DNA from: a virus | Taxonomy: Duplodnaviria > Caudoviricetes | Strand: one strand, 5' to 3' | DNA length: 44,270 nucleotides | IMG/VR virus record: IMGVR_UViG_3300032227_000337 | Coordinates: 1-44,270 of that record | Part shown: positions 34,313 through 43,048 of the stretch, one piece after another | Position numbering within the stretch: the stretch's first letter is position 1 | How the letters are laid out: every line of letters starts with the position of its first letter | Made by a program: the position numbers and the translations under genes | The notes under the pieces: model-generated | Seen by the model: the letters and a program-made list of their open reading frames with translations, nothing else | Told to the model about the DNA's origin: nothing | Databases searched by the model: none

Positions 34313-34485
34313 AGTTGCACCTGTGGGATAGGGGTTACGGGGGCTTGCGTGATCGCAGCAGCGTCAGACTGTTGCTTGATTTTTTGCATCAATAAAAATG
34401 CGCCCGACTTCGATGGGGTTTCGCCCATTAGCTGTTGCAAAAAGTTAATCTCGTCAGGGGTCAACGACAAAGGTATCTCAGTCAT
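34309..34485 (-). CDS. 58-aa tail-fibre-associated small protein
   Basis: Manual translation MTEIPLSLTPDEINFLQQLMGETPSKSGAFLLMQKIKQQ...; GGAG RBS, ATGA overlap with the next gene. Confidence 0.65.
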   Translation of the reverse strand: MTEIPLSLTPDEINFLQQLMGETPSKSGAFLLMQKIKQQSDAAAITQAPVTPIPQVQL

Positions 34486-35217
34486 TTATTGCTCCAATAG
34501 GGGTAAGGAAAGTTGTTGGGTTTTTAAAGCATGATATTTGCGTCTAGCGATACTAATTTTACGACGAGTTTCTTCAGAAAAAATTCTGCCTTTTGAAGCC
34601 AAACTCATTTTCTTTAGAGTTTCTTTTGAAAACTGACGCCCTTTCATGGCTTTAGAAACTTTGCGTTTATGCTCGTCTGACAGCGTGTGACCTTTAGTGT
34701 GGGCATTGCCAGCTAAAGACTGGCTAATCCTTTGACGAGTTTCTTCTGAGTGTGTTTTGCCTAACATGCCGCTAGGCACACCGGGGCGACCCTTTTTTTT
34801 ATTTGTTTCTGCGGACTGTCGCTTGCCTAAATTTGCGTTTCGTAGCAACAAAATTGACTCAGGATTTTGCATCCTCAGCCTAGTTTTTTCTGCAATCAGG
34901 GCTTTGGTTTCGTCAGACATTTTGTAACCAACAGTACCATCGCCGCCATCGGTTAAGTTATAACCATTTGGTTTTTTAGTATTGAAAGCAATAATAGCTT
35001 TTGGCTCAAGCTCTTTAACGTAATCAAACTCGCCAATCACCAATATTTTTTTCTCAAAAGAATCAAATCCATACTTGCGGATTGCTTGATACAGCGCAGA
35101 CTGACTGTTGGTTGTTTTGGCAGATGACTTATGAACAGCCCAACGCTTATGGGCATCTTTTGCGATGCCTATATATTGATGCCCTGAAGGCGACGTTAAG
35201 CTGTACAGACAAGCCAA
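34486..35217 (-). mobile_element. Free-standing GIY-YIG homing endonuclease with NUMOD3 repeats
   Basis: CLYSL...YIGI...R...H, GYNLTDGGDG and repeated HSEETRQRIS-like units. Confidence 0.88.
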
Positions 35218-35234
35218 TTTACTACTCCTTGTGA

Positions 35235-37880
35235 TTAACCAACTAAAAGTCTACGAGTTGTGCCACCAGCGTCTTTAATTGTAATGTACCCTGCTTGGGC
35301 AATCACGCCTGCTGTGTATGTGCCGAATCTGACGTTGCCTGTGCCTTGGGGTTCAAGAAGAAGATCAATGTTTGTGTCTGAACCTGCCACGCCATAAACC
35401 GCAGGTGCGCCAGTTGCGCCGCCACGCACCTTGGCCAAGTTCACCGTTGAAGCCGCATATCCGACTGCGAATTGACTTCCACCACTGTTTGAAAAGACGG
35501 TGGAGTTAACGCCTTTTGCAGTAATTAAAATATCAATATTTGCATCTGAACCTTGTGCGGATAACTTGACTGAGTTACCCGTAGCCCCGCCCGTCACTTG
35601 CAGATAGTTAACTGCTGAGGCTGTGTGAGCTACAGAAAACTGTTGCTGCGCTCCGGCGTTTGTGTAGAACCCTAACCCAAACGTTCCTTTTGATGTAAGA
35701 ATCATTCCTACGTTAGCGTCTGAGCCTGCTGCGCTAATAACTGGGCTTACTCCCGTAGCCGCACCCGTAACTTGCAAGAAGTTAACTGCTGAGGCTGTGT
35801 GGGTTACTGCAAATTGTTCGGTGTAAGCGCCACCGCCAGTTCCAAACCCGTGTTTGCCCGTTCCTTTTGCAAGGTAAAGCATATTGACGTTTGTGTCAGA
35901 ACCTTGCGAGCTTAATACCGGACCCTGACCTGTTACGTTACCTGACATTTGCAAGAAGTTAACTGCGCTTGGTGTGTGGGCAATGCGAAACTGCTGCTGT
36001 GCGCCGCCATTCGTTCTGAAGCTATGCGCCTCTGTGCCTTTAGTGTCGTAGGTGATGAAGATGTTTGCATCACTGCCTTGAGCAGAAAAGTTTACACCCG
36101 CAGTTGTAGCGCCACCTGCTACTTGCAAATAATTCACAGCACTAACAACAGGCGAGACACGCAGGGATTCTGTGCCAACAGTGCCGCCGATTGAAGTTGT
36201 GCCTACAAAGACGTTTGCAGCCGTACCGTTAGCGTAGAAGTTAAAGCGACCTGTGCCGCTTGCGATGTTGCCAAAGAATCCGTAATTGTTGGTTGCGCCT
36301 GTGAGGGTACTGCCAGCAGTAAATCCAAATTGATTTGTTACAGTTGACCCTGCGCCAAATGCTGGCTGTCCGGCTTCAAAATGGTTTAGTGTTGCAAGCG
36401 TAAATGCAGCAGCAGCAGTAGTTGCGTTGCTACGAAAAGCAGAGTGTGTGCTTGTTACATCTGATTGAACAGTCCCTTGCGCCCCAAAGCCAATAACAGT
36501 TGTTGCACCTGTTACATTTTTTGATTGTAAAAAACTGTAGTTAAGAGAAGTCCCGCTTGACCCTTGAGATATATTTCCCGCACTATCAATCCTCATCCGC
36601 TCAGTCGGGCTAGACGCACCATCAGCCGTGGTGTTAAATGTTAAGCGACCGGGCATATCACCCGTGCCGGGGGTTCCGTCTACTTGGGCAAGAATGTTTG
36701 CGGCAGTTGTAAAATTAGTCCCGTCTGATCCAGCAAAACCAATATACCCTAAGGTATCTCCCGAACTAGCTACTGTTTGTGTGCCAAGGGTTGCGCTACG
36801 ACTTTTTGAAAAAATCAAAGCAGCGCCGTCTTGGTCTGCGGAGTATCTGTAAAACCCACCTGTTCCTGCTGTGGTGTACGACTGAAGACCGGGTGCAAAC
36901 TGAGATGCTCCGTACACGGTATTGTAGCTAGTAGAACTTCCAACTCTAACCGACCCATCCGCCGCCACTAAAAACGGACTTGCATCAGGATTAGCACTAT
37001 CCTCAACCACTAGAGCATTACCTGCGCCTACTTGCGTGATGCGTAATGCGTCACTGGATGAGTTGACAGAGATAATCTGTGGGGTTGTACCCGTCACAAT
37101 ACCCGTTGAATCAGCAATGCTAAGAGCCGCCGTGCCGTCTTTTGCTTTAATGTTGGTGACTTCTAGATTGGTAGCGTCTACAGTTGTCGCATTAAGCTGC
37201 CCCACACCAGAGATGTCTCCCGTGGTGTCAGCAATCGTGACAGCAGAGTTCTGAATAAGCTTGCCAGTTGTGCCATCGAAGCGAGCTACGGCGTTATCTG
37301 TTGCCGAGGCAGGACCGTACACATCTCCCGATGCAGCGGTAGACCATGACAGCACACCGGAGCCATCTGTAATCAACGCCTGACCTGCTGTGCCATCATC
37401 GACAGGTAAGGTAAGGGTGTAGCTAGCGGCAATCGTTCCGGGGGCTTGGAGTGCAACGTACTCGCCGCCTGTGGTGTCTTGGAGGCGTAGGTCGCCTTGA
37501 GCTGTGATGTCTACCTGCGTGGCAACGACAGTGGCTGGGGTAGTTGCGCCCAGAGTGCCGTTTAAAGCACCCGTGAACCCAGTGGCAGTCACGACGTTAG
37601 CAGCAATCGTCACGCCTGAGTTATTTTGAATCAGCTTGCCAGTCGTGCCGTTAAAACTTGGAATAGCGTTCGCGGTTGCCGAAGCAGGGCCGACAACGTC
37701 TCCTGATGCGCCAGCCTTTGTAGCGATGACCTGCACGACGCCTGAGCTGTCTTCGTAGAAGAGCTTGCCGTCGTTGTTGTTGATCGCCAGCTCGCCGGGC
37801 GCTAAGTCTGCCGCAAGAGGCACGGCTGCAGCAGTCGTCGAGAGGTAGAGTTTAATTGGAGTAAAGCCTGCTTGTGCCAT
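35235..37880 (-). CDS. Tail fibre / receptor-binding protein
   Basis: 881 aa; LAPGELAIN N-terminus, duplicated GDVxGPASAT units, TERMRIDSAG, five C-terminal repeats of about 57 aa. Confidence 0.8.
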   Translation of the reverse strand: MAQAGFTPIKLYLSTTAAAVPLAADLAPGELAINNNDGKLFYEDSSGVVQVIATKAGASGDVVGPASATANAIPSFNGTTGKLIQNNSGVTIAANVVTATGFTGALNGTLGATTPATVVATQVDITAQGDLRLQDTTGGEYVALQAPGTIAASYTLTLPVDDGTAGQALITDGSGVLSWSTAASGDVYGPASATDNAVARFDGTTGKLIQNSAVTIADTTGDISGVGQLNATTVDATNLEVTNIKAKDGTAALSIADSTGIVTGTTPQIISVNSSSDALRITQVGAGNALVVEDSANPDASPFLVAADGSVRVGSSTSYNTVYGASQFAPGLQSYTTAGTGGFYRYSADQDGAALIFSKSRSATLGTQTVASSGDTLGYIGFAGSDGTNFTTAANILAQVDGTPGTGDMPGRLTFNTTADGASSPTERMRIDSAGNISQGSSGTSLNYSFLQSKNVTGATTVIGFGAQGTVQSDVTSTHSAFRSNATTAAAAFTLATLNHFEAGQPAFGAGSTVTNQFGFTAGSTLTGATNNYGFFGNIASGTGRFNFYANGTAANVFVGTTSIGGTVGTESLRVSPVVSAVNYLQVAGGATTAGVNFSAQGSDANIFITYDTKGTEAHSFRTNGGAQQQFRIAHTPSAVNFLQMSGNVTGQGPVLSSQGSDTNVNMLYLAKGTGKHGFGTGGGAYTEQFAVTHTASAVNFLQVTGAATGVSPVISAAGSDANVGMILTSKGTFGLGFYTNAGAQQQFSVAHTASAVNYLQVTGGATGNSVKLSAQGSDANIDILITAKGVNSTVFSNSGGSQFAVGYAASTVNLAKVRGGATGAPAVYGVAGSDTNIDLLLEPQGTGNVRFGTYTAGVIAQAGYITIKDAGGTTRRLLVG

Positions 37881-39601
37881 TAAAAGGTACCTCCTGAGAT
37901 GCCGCCCGTTGCGGTCAGTGCGCCCGTAGACGGAACAAATGATAATTTAGTTGACGTGACTTTTTGTGGCAAGTTGCCAGTGTTTGCCGTAACCCAAGTC
38001 GGATACACAGCAACCGCCGTGCTTGTATCTTCGGTGACTGCAGTGTTTGTTGCGTTTGTTGCGTTTGTAGCCGAGCCGACCGCTAAGGTAGACTGCGCAA
38101 CGTACTGTGGCAGCGTTGCGCCTGCGACCAACACGTTGCCGCTTGTGCCAATGCCCAAAAACGCACTCGCACCAACGGCGGATTGGTACACCAGAGAGCC
38201 AGTAGCGCCGCCAGTGAGCGTCGTGGCGTTTGTTGCGTTTGTGATCGTAGTTGCGCCAATCGCTGTGGCGATCTGCGCACCAGTCGCTGCAGAGATTGCT
38301 GTGCCGTTGCCGTACACAACACCTGTCACGTTCGTGGACAACGTGATTGCTGGCGTTGTCGTCGGGTTAGAGACAGTGCCCAAGAAGCCGTTGCCCGCAG
38401 ATACAGACACAGAGGTGACCGAGCCAACCGCACCGTTAGAGGCCGCTGTAATTCGCCCCTGCTGATCAACGGTGATGTTTGCTGCTGTGTAGCTATTCGG
38501 CGCAACAGCGGTATTAGCAAGCGCGATCGTGACAGGCGTTGAGCCTGTGTAGCTTGAGCCACTTAGACCTGTGCCAATGGTCAACGCGGAAGGACTCGCT
38601 GCCGTGATGGTGCCCGAGCCGCCGAGCGAGATCGGGGTGCCGTTGACCGTGATTGCGCTATTCGCTAGCTGGGCGTTGGAGACAGTGCCTGATAAGTTGG
38701 TCGTTGGGATCGTAGCCGACGCAGTCGCAGGCGACGCACCGTTGCCAAACAAGTAGCCCGTAAGCGCAGAAGCGCCCGTGCCACCGCTTGTGCTATTTAA
38801 GATGCCGCTGAGTGTGACCACGCCCGAAGTTGGCGAGCTAGGCGCAAAGCCTGTTGAGCCTGCGCTAAACGACAGCACACCGCCCGTTAGGGAGAACTCG
38901 CGCCAAGTGCCGTTAGCAAAGCCCTCATACGCCACAGACTGGCTGTTGTAGCGAATCTCGCCGTTCGCGCCAACGCTGCGTTGAGCGGTTGTACCGACGG
39001 GGATTGTGACCGAGGCGGTGCCCGGTATCACGGGGTTATCGGCTAGACCAATAGTTGGGTTGCCCGAGCCGTTACCGTTAATCACCGAGGTCTGATTTGT
39101 AACACCCGTGATCGTGACAGGCGAGATTGTAGAGCTTGAGCCAAGCGCCAGCATCCCAGTGCCCGTAGCGTTTGCAAGCGCCTGCGCAAGCCCTGTCAGC
39201 GCAAAGGTAGGATTACTCGCTATTCCGTCACCATTTGTCACACCGATGCCGTTACCGCTCGTGGTGAGCGTGCGTGCGGCGATCGTGTTGGGCGCTGTCT
39301 TTACAATCACGCCACTTGTGGCAGACTCAAGCGAGGCTGAGGTGCCGTTCAACGCGATGGTGTAGGGCGATTGTGCGCCACCGTCTGTGATGCCTAGACC
39401 CACGCCCGTTGAAAAGTATCGGCTATTAGGCAAACCCGCCTGCAAGCCAACAGTCAAGAATGTCTGCGTGAGTGAGGGGCTTTGCGTGATTGCAGAGACG
39501 GTGGTCTGAACGGTCAAGCCGTTTTGGACGATGGGAACTAGCTCAGAGCCTGTGATTGCGCTCGGGGCTGCTGGTAATCCGGAAATCCTGACATCGGCCA
39601 T
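37880..39601 (-). CDS. Tail fibre-like structural protein
   Basis: Thr/Ser/Gly-rich; VRISGLP, IPVGTTAQR...GEIRYN, ITVDQQGRITAA and ATNATNAT repeats. Confidence 0.75.
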   Translation of the reverse strand: MADVRISGLPAAPSAITGSELVPIVQNGLTVQTTVSAITQSPSLTQTFLTVGLQAGLPNSRYFSTGVGLGITDGGAQSPYTIALNGTSASLESATSGVIVKTAPNTIAARTLTTSGNGIGVTNGDGIASNPTFALTGLAQALANATGTGMLALGSSSTISPVTITGVTNQTSVINGNGSGNPTIGLADNPVIPGTASVTIPVGTTAQRSVGANGEIRYNSQSVAYEGFANGTWREFSLTGGVLSFSAGSTGFAPSSPTSGVVTLSGILNSTSGGTGASALTGYLFGNGASPATASATIPTTNLSGTVSNAQLANSAITVNGTPISLGGSGTITAASPSALTIGTGLSGSSYTGSTPVTIALANTAVAPNSYTAANITVDQQGRITAASNGAVGSVTSVSVSAGNGFLGTVSNPTTTPAITLSTNVTGVVYGNGTAISAATGAQIATAIGATTITNATNATTLTGGATGSLVYQSAVGASAFLGIGTSGNVLVAGATLPQYVAQSTLAVGSATNATNATNTAVTEDTSTAVAVYPTWVTANTGNLPQKVTSTKLSFVPSTGALTATGGISGGTF

Positions 39602-39609
39602 ATAAATCT

Positions 39610-39951
39610 CTACGGTGAAAGTACGTCTAAATTACCGTCATTCGGCGTATTCGCCTGCTCGGTTGCGATGCCAACGTCATCTTTGTTCTGAATGTCTGGG
39701 TCAAGGATGATGTTGTTGTGCGTCTCTGCAACGTCAGTATCTGGGCGGGGAAAACGTAAGCTAATCTTTTCAGACTGCCTTGCCGGCAACCTATATGGGT
39801 CAAACTGGTCACTACACGACTCTGAGCAAATCTTAATAGCGGGGATGTTGCCGTCTGCACGCATGTCGCTATAGGCTCTTTTCATCTTGCATCTGTCGCA
39901 TATGAAAACGCTCAAACTACTGTTGCCAATTGTATTCAAAAAGCGAGGCAT
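39610..39951 (-). CDS. Small Cys-motif virion-region protein
   Basis: ICDRC...C...C...DPY...PRPD. Confidence 0.7.
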   Translation of the reverse strand: MPRFLNTIGNSSLSVFICDRCKMKRAYSDMRADGNIPAIKICSESCSDQFDPYRLPARQSEKISLRFPRPDTDVAETHNNIILDPDIQNKDDVGIATEQANTPNDGNLDVLSP

Positions 39952-39960
39952 TTGATACCC

Positions 39961-41019
39961 CTATCTTGTGTACATGCTGATATTGGGCGAGATCATAATG
40001 GGCGACTTGTCTCGATTCTCATTCTGCGCCAGCATGAAGTGCTTCTCGTACTGCTGCTCAAGATAAGTCACGCGAGCAGGGTCAACTTGCGGCAGCTCCA
40101 TCGCCATCTGATGCGCCAAGCCGTTTTGAATCGCCATGTAAAAGTATTGTGGGATCTCAATCTCACCGCTCAAATCGCCCACGTCTTGGATGTACCTGTT
40201 TAGCCACAGCTCGAGCTGCGGTCCGATGTTGTTAGGCACCGGCCAGAGCTCCATGTTTGGCTGCGGGATCGTGCGATTGAACCAGTACTGAAGGGGTCGC
40301 AGCGCAGTAAACGAGCGATTTGGCAGGCTTGAGTAGTCGTCACGATTCATGCGCGACATGTTGATTGACATCGGCATGGTGCCAAATACTACCTGATAGA
40401 AGCCCATATTGACGCCAGAAACCTGCTGAATGCGCCAAAAAGGCGCTGTCTCAGAGGGGTCAAGATCGTAATAAATCCAAGTGCCCGCAGCCCACGTCAC
40501 CGCGCCGGGTGCGTAAGCCGTCACCCAAGTCGTGCCGTCCATTGAGTACTGCAGATTCACGGTCACCACACCTGACACAGCGGGCAAGATACCGATCGTG
40601 CTGATGTAGACAGGGCTGCTCGTGCCGTTTGCAATGCCGATAGAACCCGTGTTGTTGCTCAGTTGACATATCAGGTCACCTACGCCGTTAAATGCGTTCA
40701 GCGCCGTTCCTGACGTGCTGTAGGCACCCGTAGTAATGTTGGTCAGCGTGCGGTAGTTTGCGTTTAGCACGTCAACCGTGCCCACGGGCAAAAAGTACTG
40801 GTATTTGTCTGGCTGCAGACCAACGATGACTTTGTTGATCGCCCAGTAGTTGACGCCGTAGTTACTCAGGCTTGAGAGCAAGTAGTACAGACTCTCTTTA
40901 GCTGCCTGCACCTGCTCAACGGTTAGCTCTTCAGCGAGTTTACCAGCACGACGTGCGCCGTGGTCGATGAGCTGCATAACAGAAATGGTTGTTGCGCTTA
41001 CAGTGCCAGATGTGCTCAT
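39961..41019 (-). CDS. Head-tail connector/adaptor with inserted beta-sandwich domain
   Basis: AKESLYYLL...GVNYW, RPLQYW, LWPVP and GLAHQMA motifs, with a central discoidin-like insert (LQYSMDGTTW...FWRI). Confidence 0.65.
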   Translation of the reverse strand: MSTSGTVSATTISVMQLIDHGARRAGKLAEELTVEQVQAAKESLYYLLSSLSNYGVNYWAINKVIVGLQPDKYQYFLPVGTVDVLNANYRTLTNITTGAYSTSGTALNAFNGVGDLICQLSNNTGSIGIANGTSSPVYISTIGILPAVSGVVTVNLQYSMDGTTWVTAYAPGAVTWAAGTWIYYDLDPSETAPFWRIQQVSGVNMGFYQVVFGTMPMSINMSRMNRDDYSSLPNRSFTALRPLQYWFNRTIPQPNMELWPVPNNIGPQLELWLNRYIQDVGDLSGEIEIPQYFYMAIQNGLAHQMAMELPQVDPARVTYLEQQYEKHFMLAQNENRDKSPIMISPNISMYTR

Positions 41020-41615
41020 GTTGGTTCCATTTCTTTTTTGGCTTTAGCAATCGCCATCGCAGTCATTCTTTTTGCAATATATTCAGGTGATTGTTTTTTG
41101 CCAAAATTTGGATTTTTATTGCCCATTTTTGACACACTTAATTTTTTCTTTGTTTCTGCTGAATGCGTAAATTTCTTTTTTGTATTGCTTGTATGTCTGC
41201 CTTCAGCATATGCTTTTTTTAAAGATTCACTACGTTTTTTTCGTGTTTCCTCTGATTGAATTACGCCTTTATGAGAATCTGACATTCTTTTTCGCAATGC
41301 TTCAGATGGCTCAAGAGTTCCATCACCGCCAGATGTCAAATTGTATCCATGTGGCGAAAGAGTATTGTGTTGTTTTATAAGCATTCTTTCAATATCTTTT
41401 GCGCTTTCAGAGCCAAACGAATCTGCTATATGCGTAAAAATAAAACTATCTAACCCATATTTATTGATAGCAGCGTGTAAAGCAGGCGCACTACCTTTAG
41501 CATTACGATGTTTATTCCACCGTTTTGAAATGCTATTGGTAATTCCAACGTATTGTTTAGCATTCACAATATTTGTGATGATATAAATATGCCAAATTTT
41601 TCCGCTAGTTGACAT
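41016..41615 (-). mobile_element. Free-standing GIY-YIG homing endonuclease with NUMOD3 repeats
   Basis: HIYIITN...YVGIT...RW..H, GYNLTSGGDG, SEETRKKRSES; AT-rich. Confidence 0.88.
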
Positions 41616-42128
41616 TTACCACCCCGGACATTTCCATCGTTTCAATGAGGCCTTTGCACGAGGTGCATCGCCACTTGCATGCTTAACTACGCCGCTCATG
41701 CGGGCACAGAATGAATCCTTGCGGGAACCGCCTTGTGGTTGCGGTGCTTTAAGGTTTGAACCTGTCTCGCGATTGTACTTTGCACGACCCTTTGCTGTGA
41801 GCCCTGCGCCTTGTTTTGTGGGCAACTTCTCACCGCGCCCGACTGCGAGCGAGACGCCGCCATCTTTCATCTTTACTGTCTTTGCAGACTCTTTAAACGC
41901 CTCAGCCGTGGGTGCGCCCGCACTACCGGGCTTGCGCATACGCTCACCTGAACCCGCAGCAATGCGCTCTTGCTTGGCGTGGATGTTGGCGTACAGACCA
42001 CCAGACTTCATCTTCTTATCAGCCGTAACGAACTCCTTGCCGACTTTTTGTGGCACACCGCCAAACCCACCCTTAGTGTGGGCAGCGGCCTGCATCAAGC
42101 GCTTTTGGGCAGGCGATTTGCTAGGCAT
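41616..42128 (-). CDS. Basic three-module protein (last module DUF6321-like) joined by MKxGG linkers
   Basis: MPSKSPAQ... / MKSGG / LYANIHAK... / MKDGG / GLTAKGRAKYN...SFCARM...RWKC. Confidence 0.75.
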   Translation of the reverse strand: MPSKSPAQKRLMQAAAHTKGGFGGVPQKVGKEFVTADKKMKSGGLYANIHAKQERIAAGSGERMRKPGSAGAPTAEAFKESAKTVKMKDGGVSLAVGRGEKLPTKQGAGLTAKGRAKYNRETGSNLKAPQPQGGSRKDSFCARMSGVVKHASGDAPRAKASLKRWKCPGW

Positions 42129-42131
42129 AGA

Positions 42132-42413
42132 CTAGCCGCAGAAAATTGTGACCGCAGCGCTTGCTGGCAGTGTCACATGAATATCTGTGTTAAATCGGAT
42201 ACCGTTGCCGGGGATAATCGTCGAGATGACCGCCGTGTTTGTTGTGATGTTTACTCGCAAGCGCACAGTGCCAGACGCACCACCGTCGCGAAAAACAATC
42301 TCACCAGCAACACCGCCTGAAGCTAATTGATAGGCAGCAAGGTTTGTTGCGCCGCTGTACATCGTGCCCGTTGCATCTGCATGAACGGAAAAGACATTGG
42401 TTAGTGTGCTCAA
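42132..42413 (-). CDS. Small beta-rich virion protein
   Basis: Likely TTG start at 42413 after GGAG; IPGNGIRF...TIF pattern. Confidence 0.65.
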   Translation of the reverse strand: MSTLTNVFSVHADATGTMYSGATNLAAYQLASGGVAGEIVFRDGGASGTVRLRVNITTNTAVISTIIPGNGIRFNTDIHVTLPASAAVTIFCG

Positions 42414-42423
42414 TTGAATCTCC

Positions 42424-42449
42424 AAAAAGCAGGGGGCGAACCCCCGTAC
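42424..42449 (-). terminator. Rho-independent terminator
   Basis: - strand GGGGG-TTCG-CCCCC-TGC-TTTTT just after the stop at 42454. Confidence 0.7.
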
Positions 42450-42453
42450 TTAT

Positions 42454-43038
42454 TTAAAATGAACCGCCCTTCTTCATGGCTTTGTAACCATCGCCACCTG
42501 AGCATGACATTTTGGAATGACCACCATCCGCATACCCCTGCACAACACCGCCAGTGGCATACTTCTGAACAACACCGCCTGTTGCAAACTTCTGCACAAC
42601 GCCGCCTGTTGCATACTTAGGCATACCGCCAGTTTTAAGACCCTTGTGAGCCTTAGATGCTGGCTTGCCTTCGTGAGACATCAGCTCTTTCTTGATGCCC
42701 TTGATTTGGCGCTCTTCCTTCATGTGCATTGCTTTACTTTCGACTTCGCCGCCTTTCTTGCGCATCATCGGGGCAGCGCCTGCGCGTTGAGCCATTGCGG
42801 CCTCGAGCATCGCTGCGCGAGGATCAGGCTTGCGACCCATTGCTGGGCGACCCATTGGAGGTTGCGATGGCATAGGACGACGACCCATAGGTTGGGCTGC
42901 AGCAGCCGCTAGAGGCGCCACGGGCATTGCACCGCCCATGGCCATCTTCTTGGTCTTGCCGCCCTTCTTCATGCCCTTGCCGGCCTCATCAACTGAGGGC
43001 TCGGTTGACTTCATCATCTTCATCTCTTTGAAACCCAT
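42454..43038 (-). CDS. Basic Lys/Met/Gly-rich protein with nine [hydrophobic]-[A/K]-x-GG-type motifs
   Basis: MKKGG, MAMGG, RKKGG, LKTGG, YATGG, FATGG, YATGG, YADGG, MKKGG. Confidence 0.75.
   Translation of the reverse strand: MGFKEMKMMKSTEPSVDEAGKGMKKGGKTKKMAMGGAMPVAPLAAAAAQPMGRRPMPSQPPMGRPAMGRKPDPRAAMLEAAMAQRAGAAPMMRKKGGEVESKAMHMKEERQIKGIKKELMSHEGKPASKAHKGLKTGGMPKYATGGVVQKFATGGVVQKYATGGVVQGYADGGHSKMSCSGGDGYKAMKKGGSF
42538..42618 (-). repeat. 27-bp coding tandem repeat x3 (K[YF]ATGGVVQ)
   Basis: Three units differing mainly at synonymous positions. Confidence 0.85.
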
Positions 43039-43048
43039 GATCTACCCC

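Noticed and set aside
35235-37880. Diversity-generating retroelement target in the fibre
   Set aside because: No reverse transcriptase in the window and no template/variable repeat pair with adenine-specific differences; the repeats are in-frame coding units.
34486-41615. Group I introns around the two GIY-YIG genes
   Set aside because: Both ORFs abut intact neighbouring genes, leaving no room for a ribozyme core.
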